Shown piece by piece: positions 10,829 through 22,100 of a stretch of DNA of 64,000 bases. Every line of letters begins with the position of its first letter. Position 1 is the stretch's first letter. The stretch comes from Rebecca billardiae RCC1528 (taxonomy: Eukaryota > Protista > Haptophyta). The stretch covers positions 806,001 through 870,000 of the forward strand of contig OZ251228.1 in the NCBI GenBank assembly GCA_965240325.2, written 5' to 3'. A program made the translations under genes and the position numbers. Under the pieces are notes generated by a model that did no database searches, was not told where the DNA came from, and saw nothing but the letters and a program-made list of their open reading frames with translations.

Positions 10829-11309
10829 GCGGCTGCGCTGCGCTCGCTCGGCCCTGGTCGTGGCCCGCACTGCGGGCGTCGATTTAATTTCGGCGCGGCG
10901 CGCCGGGCATCGCTGCTGGGTGCTTCATTCAACGGCGGATCGCCTGATCGGGTCTGGGTCTCCTGTCAGAAAGCGCGAGCGGCCGTCTCGCATTCGATAA
11001 GTGACGTACCCGCCCGTGATGCGTGACATAGAATAAACTTTGATCCGCGCAACTGTCACTGCCAACGCCAACGGCCGCGATGGCGTCAGACTCACTGTCG
11101 GTGACCGGCGTCGCGGGCGTTCCGGGACCGGGCGGACGGATGACCGTTGTCCGTTCGGAACCGCGTTCATCATTCTCATTCTGCCCGGGCGCGCGGCTTA
11201 GTTGTTAGTTATAGACCGGTAGTGCCACTGAGGCCGGGCCCGGCCCTGAGGACCTGAGCCCGCTCCATCAGGCTCATCAGCACAGTGGCAGCATGGACGT
11301 AGAAGCGGG

Positions 11310-13013
11310 TCAGGCCCCGGGCTGCGGAAGCCTTGCCCTCGCCCCGAGGCCGCCCCCGCCGCTTCGCCTCTGCTCGCCGGGCCATTCGGCGTCGTGATCC
11401 GATGACGCAGCCTCGAAGCCGGCTTGGTTCCGCCCACTGCCGTCCGACTGCGAGCGCCGGTGCTGCGGCGGGCGCGACGCCGACCTACTGGGCCCTGGCT
11501 GGGCGTACGGGCCTGCCGGCGGGCGGGCGGGCTCGAGGCGCTCTCGCGATGCGGTGATCGACCACATCATCCCGTGCGGCGCGACGGGCGCGCGCCGCAC
11601 CGTGCGCAGCATGACGGGCGCGCTGCCGCTCCGGCTGAGCGAAGGCGGGCCGCGCGTCGTCGGCCCGGAGCCCGCTCGGAAGGCTCCTGGCGCGCGCGCG
11701 TCGGCAAAGGCGGCCGTGCGCGGGTACAGCTCGTCGAGGGAGTGCGCGATCGTCGCCGGCGAGGCGAGCACGGGCTGCACGACCCCCCGCGCGCCGTCCA
11801 GCCGGCGCGAGAACGACTGCGGCCGGCGCGGCAGCAGCAGCGGGTCGTCCAGGTGGCGAAGCGCCGCGCGCACGGCCGAGCGCTGCGGCTGCGAGCGCCT
11901 CGAGCGCGTGGCCGGCGAGGGCTTGGCGGCGGCGGCGGCGGCGGCGGCGTCGACGCGCGCGGGCGGCGCGGCGGGCAGCTCGTGCGCGAGCGCCTCGTCC
12001 GACAGCGCGCGCGGCGACGGCGCCTCGTCCGACGCGATCCGCCCGCTGGTGAGCAGCCCCACGCCGGTGAAGCAGAGCAGGCAGCCGAGCACAAACACGA
12101 CGACCGCGCCCGCCGGCTGCTCGTAAAAGTCCTGGTACAGCATGGCGGAGCCGGTGATGGTGGAGAGGGTGAAGAGGATGTAGTAGATGGGCACGACCTG
12201 CGTGTTGTCGAAGAGCTCCATCGTCTCGTTCAGGTACTTCACCTGCCCCACCGCCGTCGGCACGAGCACGCACAGCAGCGCGTACGGCACCCACGAGCGC
12301 AGCGCGGCGCCGACCGAAGCCGAGACGAGGAAGTGGGAGAGCGCGGTCGCGCAGAGCACGGTGAGCGTGCCGAGGAGCGAGCAGAGGAGCAGGCCGAAGA
12401 CGGGGTGCTTGTGCTGCACGCGCGGCAGCTGCGCGCGCAGCACGAGCAGCGTCACCAGCACCGCCGAGATGTACCCGACGAAGATCGGGTTGGTCGCGTA
12501 CGCGATCAGGTCGGTCACCGACATCGACTCGTCGGACGCGGGCGCCTTGACGACGATGAGCGTGCCGCCGAGGCAGGTGAGCAGCACGCCGAGCGCGTCG
12601 CGGATGCGGAAGAGCTCCCCGAGGAACGTGCACGCGATCACCGCGTTCGACACCACCGCCACCGCGCCGAGCGGCGTGACGATGTCCGCGCCCGCAAACC
12701 CGAACGCGAGGAAGTTGCCGAGCTCGCCCGCGACCGTGCAGCCGAGGCCGAGCCACCAGACGGGCTGCGCGGTGAACGGGCGGCGCTCGGACTCGGGCCG
12801 CGCCTCGTTCCGGTTGTGCACGTACTTCTGCACGTTCAGCCCGATCGAGATGACGAGGTTGCCCACGACGGCCAGCAGCACGCCAATCATCAGGCCGGGC
12901 TTGGACGTGTTCACGTGGATCGGGCGGACGCGCGCGGAGGGGGCGGAGGCCTCCGTGCCGGGCAGGTCGGAGCCCAGCTGCGCCGTGACGTAGATCACCG
13001 ACGACGTCGCCAT
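11310..13013 (-). CDS. NIPA-family (DMT superfamily) magnesium transporter with a long disordered C-tail
   Basis: GNLVISIGLNVQK, P-x-WW-x-G...GELGNFLAFGFA..IVTPLGAVAVVSNA..FLGE, QVKYLN..ELFDNTQVVPIYYILFT...GSAMLYQDF, with about 9 hydrophobic helices. Confidence 0.92.
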   Translation of the reverse strand: MATSSVIYVTAQLGSDLPGTEASAPSARVRPIHVNTSKPGLMIGVLLAVVGNLVISIGLNVQKYVHNRNEARPESERRPFTAQPVWWLGLGCTVAGELGNFLAFGFAGADIVTPLGAVAVVSNAVIACTFLGELFRIRDALGVLLTCLGGTLIVVKAPASDESMSVTDLIAYATNPIFVGYISAVLVTLLVLRAQLPRVQHKHPVFGLLLCSLLGTLTVLCATALSHFLVSASVGAALRSWVPYALLCVLVPTAVGQVKYLNETMELFDNTQVVPIYYILFTLSTITGSAMLYQDFYEQPAGAVVVFVLGCLLCFTGVGLLTSGRIASDEAPSPRALSDEALAHELPAAPPARVDAAAAAAAAKPSPATRSRRSQPQRSAVRAALRHLDDPLLLPRRPQSFSRRLDGARGVVQPVLASPATIAHSLDELYPRTAAFADARAPGAFRAGSGPTTRGPPSLSRSGSAPVMLRTVRRAPVAPHGMMWSITASRERLEPARPPAGPYAQPGPSRSASRPPQHRRSQSDGSGRNQAGFEAASSDHDAEWPGEQRRSGGGGLGARARLPQPGA

Positions 13014-13134
13014 CGCCGCGTCGCCACCGACGCGCGGGCGCCGAGATGTGGCGACTCGGGGCTGGTCAGTGCCGCGCCGCCATTTCGCACGGGTATTTGA
13101 TGCCGCGCGTGCCCTCCCAGTCCGGCGCTCCCTC

Positions 13135-15681
13135 CAGTGGTGCTAATCTGCCCTGAGGGCACCGTGCCCTCTGGAGGGCACCGTGCCCTCGTGGGGCTCT
13201 GAGGGCACGGTGCCCTCGCGGGACGCAGCCTCGCACTGCGCGGCGCGCCGCGATGAGTTGGAGTGGTGGACGGGGGTGCATCGGGTGCTAGTGACGGTAC
13301 GATGGGCCGCGACGAGCCCACCATCACCCAGTGATCTCGTGCGGTGCCAGCTCGCCCTCCTCCTCGTCGTCACTCGCACTGGCACCACATCGCGCGCGCG
13401 CGCGCATGGCTTGCCTTGCGCGCGCTGTGTTCACGCGCAGTCTGCTTGGCAGCAGGGCGACCGTGGCTGGTGGTTGCGGTCGCGGATGATTGGAGTGTGT
13501 GCAGCTGCGCTACATCCGCACGCGACCCGCCCGTCCTCGTCGAGCGCTGGAGAGACACGCGTGTCGCGCATGCACTCGAGTGGAAGCAGGAGAGCGGCAC
13601 GCGAGCTTGGCTGCGCGCGCACGACAAGGTGCGCCAACACACAGCTCCTCCCGCCATGAGCACCAGCTACGCACGCACCCCTTCCGCGCCGCCTGACCTG
13701 CGAGGCCGCCGCGGTGCGGACACTGCGTGAGGCACCCACGGTCAGCGGCCACGGCTGACACGGTCGCGTGCTGCACAGCAATCTGGCTCATAGCATACTC
13801 TCGCGAGCAATGGCCACATCGACCGGCTAGCCATGTCAGTCCGATCAGCGATGGCGCGACATCGCTGCTGTCTGCCGGTGGGCCCCCCTCCCGCAATGCC
13901 GCCCTTGTTCCTCTTTGGAACGGCGGGCTTGATCGCTCCGCGCGCCACTGACGCTGCTTGCACCGTTCACGGCCGCGCTCGAGCTCGCGCTCGCTGCATT
14001 GGTGGCACCACCGCCCGTGGTCGTGCTCTCTGTCACCACCGCCGTGGCGGCGCGGATGCTTTACTCGTGCTCTGGCTTGTCGCGCGCCGGCAGCCGCCAA
14101 GCGAGCGCCTACGAATCCGGCCGGCAGGGCTGCCGACTTCACTGCCTGCGAGTGCGCGCTGGGGCGAGCTGCAGCCGCGTGCGTACCCGGCGCCCTGGTT
14201 CCGGCAGCTGCATCCACACCCGCCCGACACGCTGCCTGGTGAGCGCCTGACGCCGCATGCGCCGTGAGCACCGACGGCGCTACTGCTGCAGCCGGGTGGA
14301 CCCGGTGCCGAGCCGCTGACGCCTTGCACGTTGCGAACCCCACCGCCATTGCCGCGCCCGTCCGCATGCGCGTGGGACCGCGCTGCTGCGGCGATGCCAT
14401 CAGGCGAGCGGCGCGCGGCTTTGGCACCACCGCCAAAGTGCGAGTACGCGGAAGCGGCTGCCACAGCGCTGCGCTGCGTGCGGGGTGGGACACGCCTACC
14501 ACGCCCCGGAGGATACGAGCTCCCTAGGCTCCATGCGCCGACGCTTCACGTGCCGTGTGAGCCCTGCAGCACAGCCGCCGCGTCAAGAGTGCACACACCA
14601 AGTCTCTGTCAGCGGGATTTTCATTTATTATTAAAATCCAGCCGGGCGAAAAAAAAGACGGAAATCCCATTTATTGATGCCACATCGCGTTCTAGTAAGT
14701 CATAACGCTGATGATGCTGATGGTACAGCTGCGGTGAAGCTACCATCGCGAGCAATAGCAGTTGCTGTCTCAGCTGCAGCAGCTATAGCAGCCGCTTGGA
14801 GCAGCATGCAGCGACAGTGCGCCCCAAGGTCATGGAGCTGCCCGTGCGGCTGCTCCGGGACGACAGCCTGGTCCGTATTGCCGCCACTCAGCCGAGCGGC
14901 GTGCCGCAGCTGCTGGACGTGCAAGGGCTGCTGGTGCCGTGGGCGCTTTGGCGCCGAGGGTTGTTACGCCAGCGACAGCGATGGGGTTGACTGCCACCAG
15001 CGCTGCTGCTGTTTCAATCGAAGCTGCAGCAACGGCTGCATGAGCTGTTGACAAGTGTCAGCCGTGGCCGCTGACCGTGGGTGCCTCACGCAGTGTCCGC
15101 ACCGCGGCGGCCTCGCAGGTCAGGCGGCGCGGAAGGGGTGCGTGCGTAGCTGGTGCTCATGGCTGGAGGAGCTGTGTGTTGGCGCACCTTGTCGTGCGCG
15201 CGCAGCCAAGCTCGCGTGCCGCTCTCCTGCTTCCACTCGAGTGCATGCGCGACACGCGTGTCTCTCCAGCGCTCGACGAGGACGGGCGGGTCGCGTGCGG
15301 ATGTAGCGCAGCTGCACACACTCCAATCGTCCGCGACCGCAACCACCAGCCACGGTCGCCCTGCTGCCAAGCAGACTGCGCGTGAACACAGCGCGCGCAA
15401 GGCAAGCCATGCGCGCGCGCGCGCGATGTGGTGCCAGTGCGAGTGACGACGAGGAGGAGGGCGAGCTGGCACCGCACGAGATCACTGGGTGATGGTGGGC
15501 TCGTCGCGGCCCATCGTACCGTCACTAGCACCCGATGCACCCCCGTCCACCACTCCAACTCATCGCGGCGCGCCGCGCAGTGCGAGGCTGCGTCCCGCGA
15601 GGGCACCGTGCCCTCAGAGCCCCACGAGGGCACGGTGCCCTCCAGAGGGCACGGTGCCCTCAGGGCAGATTAGCACCACTG
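13135..15681. mobile_element. Foldback-like non-autonomous DNA transposon with ~627-bp terminal inverted repeats (13135-13761 / 15055-15681) and a ~1.3-kb non-coding core
   Basis: Starts cagtggtgctaatctgccc and ends gggcagattagcaccactg. The arms are near-identical (mirror ORFs in the track). Each arm has three gagggcac-N-gtgccctc palindromes. Flanks cgctccctc / cgctgcttc match 7 of 9. Confidence 0.8.
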
Positions 15682-15795
15682 CGCTGCTTCCTTCTCGCGC
15701 GCCGCCGCGCGCGGCTGTTGATCAGGGGCCGGACCTCGTCGTGTCAAGCGCGGGCGGAAGGACGCGCCGCCGAGACGGACGCGCACCCTAGCCGC

Positions 15796-18662
15796 ATGCT
15801 CGACATCTGGCCGACGCTGTGGCGCATCAACCTGGTCGCGCTCGCCCTCTCCCTCGCCGTCGGCGTGCGCATTCACTCGGTGCTCAACTACGGGCCCATC
15901 ATCCACGAGGCGCGCGCGCGCGTCGGCGCATCGGCAGCGCGCGCGGTGCGCGCGCTGCGCGCTGCGCGCGCGCTCGGCTCACCTCGCGCGGCGCGCGCGT
16001 GCGCGCGCGTGCGCGCAGTTCGACCCGTGGTTCAACTTCCGCGCGACCGAGTACCTCGTCGACCACGGCGCGCGCGCGTTCCGCCACTGGTACGACGACC
16101 GGAGCTGGTACCCGCTCGGCCGGCCGGTCGGCCCGACCGTCTACCCGGGGCTCATGTACGCGGGCGCGGGCGCGCACGCGGCGGCGCGCGCGCTGGGCGC
16201 GGATCTCTCGCTGCACGACGCGTGCGTGTACCTCCCGCCCGCGTTCGCCTGCCTCACCGTCGCCTTCGTCGGCCTGCTCGCGCACGAGGCCACGCGCTCG
16301 GCGAACGCGGGCGTCGCGGCCGCGTGCGTCTCGGCCGTGCTTCCCGCGCACACGCTGCGCTCCGTGGCGGGCGCGTACGACAACGAGGCGGTGGCGATGG
16401 CGGGGATGACGTGCGCCTTCTGGCTCTGGGCCCGCTCGCTCCGCACCGCCCGCGCCGCGCCGCTCGCCGCCCTCGCCGGCCTCGCGTACGCTGGCGTCGC
16501 GAGCGCGTGGGGCGCGCATCCGTTCGTCGCCAATCTGGTGGCGGCGCACGCGGCGCTGCTCGCGGCGGTCGGGGAGGAGGGGTGGGCGGGCGTGCGCGGC
16601 GCGTACGCGTGGTTCTACGTGGTGGGCGCGGCGCTCGCGATGCAGCTCGACGTCGTGGGCGCGCAGCCCCTGCGCTCCGCCGAGCTGCTGCTGCCGCTGT
16701 GCGTGCTCGGCGCGTGCGCAGGCTCGGCGGCGGTGGACGCGGCGGGCGCGGCGGGCGCGCGGCTCGGCGGCGCGCGCGGCCGCGAGCGCGCGCGGCGCGG
16801 CGCGCGCGCGCTGCTGGGCGCGTGGCTGGCGTGCGTCGCGCTCGGCGCCGCGGCGCGCGGCCCGCTCCCCGCGCGCGTCCGCTCGCTCTTCCTGCCGCAC
16901 GTGCGCACGGGCAACCCGCTGGTCGACTCGGTCGCAGAGCACCGGCGCACGGCCGCGAGATCGTATCTCAGTTTCGTCCACGTGGGCTGCGTGCTGGCGC
17001 CGCCGGGCGTGTGCGCGTGCGTGCTGCGCGCGCCGCGCGCGGGCTCGTTCGTCGCGCTGTACGCCGCCGCCGCGCTCTTCTTCTCGCTGCGCATGGTCCG
17101 GCTGATGGTCCTCGTCGCGCCGCCGGCCGCGGTCGGCGCCGGCGCGGCGATCGCGCTCGCCGGCGAGTGGGCGGTGGCCGAGGTGGCGCGCGCGCGCGAG
17201 GCGGGCTCGCTCTCGCTGCTGCCGGAGCACGAGGAGCGCGCGGCGCGGCACGCGCGCGCGCGCGCCGCGCCGCGCGCGCCGCCCAGCGCCGAGCCCTCGC
17301 CGCTCAGCGCGGAGTGGTGGCGCGCCGAGTGCGCGGATGCGTTCGGACTGTGCGCCGCGCTCACGGCCGTGCTCGCCACCGCCGGGCCGGAGGCGGCGGT
17401 GCGCGCGGCGCGCGAGCGGTGGTCGGCCACGCGCGCCGGCGGCGCGGGCACCCCCACCCCGCCGCCGGCCGCGAAGCCGCCCCCGCCGCGCGCCGCGCCG
17501 CGCCGCCCCGCGCTGCGCGGGCTGCGCGACGCGCTCCGACCGGGCGGCGCGCTCGCGCCGGTGCGGCCGATCGTCGGTGGCATGCTGCTTGGCCTTGGCG
17601 TGCCCGCGCTGCTGTCGTTCGTCGCGCACTCGCTGACGGTGGCGCGCTCGCTCTCCGAGCCGCTGGTGGTGACGCGGCTGCGCGTGCCGGGGAAGGGCGT
17701 CGTCGTCGCGCGGGACTACCTCGAGGTGCGCGCCGCGCGCGCCGCGAGGCCTGGGTGGCCGCGCGCGCGCCGGGCCGCGCGCCGTGCGCCGGCCGTCGCG
17801 GCGCCCGCGCGCGCGCTCGCGCGCGCGCGCGCGCTCGCAGAGGCTGGCTGACGCGCGCACCCCCCCGGCGGGCCGCTGACCCGGCGCGGCGCAGGCGTAC
17901 GCCTGGCTCGGCGAGCGCACGCCCGCCGCCTCGCGCGTCCTCGCCTGGTGGGACTACGGCTACCACGTGAGCGGCATCGCCAACCGCACCTCGCTCGCAG
18001 ACGGCAACACATGGAACCATGAGCACATCGGGCTGGTGGCGCGCTGCCTGCTGCTGCCGCCCGCGCGCGCGCACGCCGAGCTCGTGCGCCACCTCGCGGA
18101 CTACGTGCTGCTCTGGACCGGCCGCCACGCCGGCCGCTCGGGCGACGACCTCGCCAAGGCGGCGCACATGGCGCGCATCGCCGGCTCGGTGTTTGACGAC
18201 GTCGACGAGGGCGCAGTGCGCATGCGCGCGGACGGGCCGTCGGACGCGCTGCGCGGCTCGCTGCTGTACGCGCTGCACGCGCACCGCCTCGGCGGCGCGG
18301 GCGAGCCCGACCTCTCCGACGACGCGGAGCGCGCGCAGGCCGCGGCCGACGCGCTCGCCGAGCTCGGCTTCGAGGAGGCCTTCACGTCCACGCACAGGAT
18401 GGCGCGCGTGTACCGCGTGCTGCGCGTGCACGAGGGCTCGCGCGCGCAGGTCGACGCGTCGTACGCGCGCATGCACGCGTGCCACGCCGCGCGCGGCGAG
18501 CTCGACCCCGCCTGCCGCGCGCACCACGGCTACCCGTCCGCGCTCGCGCGCGCGCGCGTCGGCGAGCAAACGCTCGCAGAGCTCGGACACTTTCGCTTCG
18601 TCGACGCCGACGCACCGGCCGGCGAGGTCGGGGGCGGCGTGCCCGCGGGCGACGCCGCCTGA
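15796..18662 (+). CDS. STT3: Oligosaccharyltransferase catalytic subunit STT3; exons 15796-15909, 16019-17725, 17895-18662
   Basis: IIHE|FDPWFNFRAT, WYPLGRPVG.TVYPGLM, RSVAGAYDNE, RTGNPLVDSVAEH, DYLE|AYAWL, WWDYGY, DGNTWNHEHI, DDLAK..HMARIA. Introns 15910-16018 (GC-AG) and 17726-17894 (GT-AG) restore the frame. Confidence 0.93.
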
Positions 18663-19128
18663 TGTCTGCCGCCGCGCGCGCGAGCGCCGGTGCCTCCGCC
18701 GTCCACCGCGCGCACGAGCCCATCGCGAGTGCGCGAGTGCGCTTCACGCGGTGCAGCCCGCGCAGCGACGCATCACCGTCCCCGCGGGCCAGATCGGCTG
18801 AGAGAGCGCGCGATTCTTCATCGAAAGATCGCGGCAGATCAGCACGGGTCCGCATCAAACTTGGTGAAACTTGCCGGGGAAGCTCGGTTCGGAGGAAGGT
18901 TCCGCCACGGGCGGCGAAAGTAACTTGCGTGCCTGCCCACCGCAGCACTCAGGGCGAAAAACGGCTGCTCAGCCGCTTTTCTCGCGGCGGGGCAAATTGA
19001 ATCCTGAAACGGCAGCGCGCTTCAACACGCGCACGGGTGCCGAGAGAGCCAGCCTCCCTCCGGCCACACGCGACACGCACGCGCGCTGCGCGAGAGCTCA
19101 CCACACAACGGCCCAGCCACGAGACGCG

Positions 19129-22100
19129 ATGACGGCGGAGGAGTCAGCGCAACCGGACAAGGGCGTCCCCTGCAACTCGCAGCTCTCCACACTCGACTCG
19201 GACTCGGTGATCGACAACCTGCGCACGCGGCACGGCGTCGACGAGGTGTACACGTGGACGGGCACGATCCTGCTCGCAGTCAACCCGTACAAGGCGGTGC
19301 CGGGTCTGTACGGCGAGGCGGTGATGGCCGAGACGCGCGGGAGCAAGCTGCTCCGCGCGCCGCACGCCTACTCCGTCGCCGAGCGCGCGTACCGCCAGAT
19401 GGCGCGCGACGGCACCAACCAGTCGATCGTGATCTCAGGCGAGAGCGGCGCGGGCAAGACGGAGAACTGCCGGATCATCCTGCAGTACCTCGCGGCGCGC
19501 TCGCGCACGGAGGCGTCGCTGATGGAGAAGCGCCTCCTCGCGGCGAACCCCATCCTCGAGTCCTTCGGCTGCGCCAAGACGCTGCGCAACAACAACTCGA
19601 GCCGGTTCGGCAAGCTGGTCAAGACGTACTTTGACGACGAGAACCGCATCTCGGCGTCGGCGATCACGACGTACCTGCTCGAGAAGTCGCGCATCGTGTT
19701 CCACGCGGAGGGCGAGCGCAACTACCACATCTTCTACCAGCTCGCCGCCGCCGCCGCCGCCGGCCACCCGCTCGCGCGCGAGCTCGCGCCGCGCGCGCAC
19801 ATCGGGTGCAGCTACCTCGCGCGCGGCGGCGCGCCGACCATCCGCGGCGTCGACGACCTCGCCGAGTTCGACGCGACGATCGAGACGCTCCGGCTGGTGG
19901 GCGTGGGCGAGCCGGCGCTCGAGGACGTGCTGCGCGTGCTCGGCGGCCTCCTCGAGCTCGGCGAGATCGGCTTCGCCGAGAACGACCAGGGGCAGGCGGA
20001 GCCGAACGACTCGGCTGCGCTCGAGCGCACCGCCGCGGCGCTCGGCGTCGAGGTCGGCCAGCTCGACCGCTGCCTGCGCACGCGGACGGTGGTGTCGGGC
20101 CGCGGCTCGTCGTACACCGTGCACTTCTCCGCCACGCAGGCCGCCACCGCGCGCGACTCGCTCGCCAAGGCCGTGTACGAGCGCGTGTTTGCGTGGCTCG
20201 TCAAGGCGGCCAACGCGTCGCTCCGGCTCGGCGCCGACGGCGCGGGCGTCGGCGGCGCCGCCGCCGCCGAGCTCGAGCTCGAGCTCGAGCCGCTGGACGA
20301 CGACCGGTTCATCGCGACGCTCGACATCTTCGGGTTCGAGAACTTCGAGTCGAACTCGTTCGAGCAGCTCCTCATCAACTACTGCAACGAGAAGCTGCAG
20401 CACCAGTTCCTCTGCCACGTCGTGCAGCAGGAGCAGGAGCTGTACCGGCACGAGATGATTGCGTGGCGCCACCTCAACTACGAGAACAACGCGGACGCGG
20501 TCGCGCTGTTCGAGGCGTACCCGACGGGGCTGCTGTGGCTGATGCAGGAGTACGCGCGGCTGCCCACGCGCGAGTCCGCCGCCGAGGTCGAGAAGAAGCT
20601 CACGCGCCGCATCCACGCGAGCCACGGCGGCTCGCTCCACCTCTCAGTGCCGCGCACGCGCCGCGGCCACGCGCTCAACTCGGACGACGGCTTCATCGTC
20701 AAGCACTTCGCGGGCGACGTGTGCTACTCGACGGAGGGCTTCCTGGAGAAGAACGCGGAGAACCTGCACGCCGAGCTCGAGATGCTGGTCGGCACCTCCG
20801 CGCGCCAGTGCGTCGCGCTCGCCGGCGCGCTCGCCGGCGGCGCGGTCGGCGGCGCGGGCGGCGCGCGCCGCTCGAGCGCCGCCGCCGGCCCGGGCGCGGC
20901 GTCGCACCCGCGCCGCTCGGCGACGACCAAGACGGTGGGCACGGGCTTCATGACGCAGCTCAACGCGCTGGTGCAGACGCTGCAGCTCACCTCGTCGCAC
21001 TACGTGCGCGCGATCAAGCCCAACGCCAAGCAGGCCCCCGCCAAGTTCGACGGGCCGCTCGTGCGCAAGCAGCTCGACGACTCAGGCATGCCGCAGGTGC
21101 TGACGCTCATGCACTCGGGCTACCCGACGCGCTGCCCGTTCGCGCAGCTGTGCGACAAGTACCGCCCGCGCGCGCCCGAGCCGATGCGCGCGCTCGAGCC
21201 GCGCGTGTTCATCGAGGGCCTGCTCTACGCCCTCGGCGTGCCCGCCACCGACTTCCAGCTCGGCATGACCCAGCTCTTCTTCAAGGGCTCGGGCAAGATG
21301 GCCTTTCTCGAGTCGCTGCTCGACTCCAACCTGCTCTCGACGCCGCAGGCGCTCGAGCGGCTCAGGCGGTGGATGGTGCTCAAGCACTGGCACCAGGCGC
21401 TCGCCGCGGCCAAGTGCGCCGTGCGCTTCGGGTGCGCGCGCGAGCAAGCGCGCGCGAGCGAGCGCCAACCGCCGCCGTGCCTCGCGCGCGCCGCGCTCAC
21501 GTGCCGCGCCCCGCGCCCGCGCTCGCGCCGCTCCGCCCTCTCCCTGCGCGCGCGCGCGCGCCGGCGCGCGCAGCACGCGGCTGCGCTACATGCGCGCGGC
21601 CGCGCGGCTCGCCAAGCACGTGCGCGTGGTCGTGCGCGCGCGCCGGGTCTTCGTCCCGCGCGCGCGCGCGGCGAGGCGCGTCGTCTGGGTCCGGCACGCG
21701 GGCGAGCGCATCGCGGACGCGTGGCGCGCGCGCGCGCTCCGCCGCCGCCTCGCGGCCGCGCGCGGATCCATCCTCCGCGTGCAGGCGGCCGCGCGCCGCC
21801 TGCTCGCCGTGCGCGAGCGCGGGCGCAGGCTCGAGCTCAAGCGCGCGGAGGAGGCGGCGCGCCTCGCGCTGCTGCAGGCCAAGGCGGTGGTCTCGATCGT
21901 CCGCGCGTGGCACTGCAAGGCCGCGCGCACAGAGCTCGCCGGGTTGCGCGCCGTCAAGGCTGAGCGCCGCGCCGCCGCGCGCGCGGCGCGCGCGGCGCGC
22001 GACCGCGCGCGCGCCGAGGCGCGCGCGGCGGCGCGCATCCAGGCGGCCGCGCGCCGCGTCGCCGCGGCCAAGGCCTTCGCCGCGCTCGGCGCCGCGCGCT

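Noticed and set aside
17400-17560. Possible extra intron in the Ala/Arg/Pro-rich part of STT3 exon 2
   Set aside because: A GTGCGC is present, but I found no convincing CGCAG acceptor that keeps the frame. It is left as a low-complexity loop pending RNA-seq.
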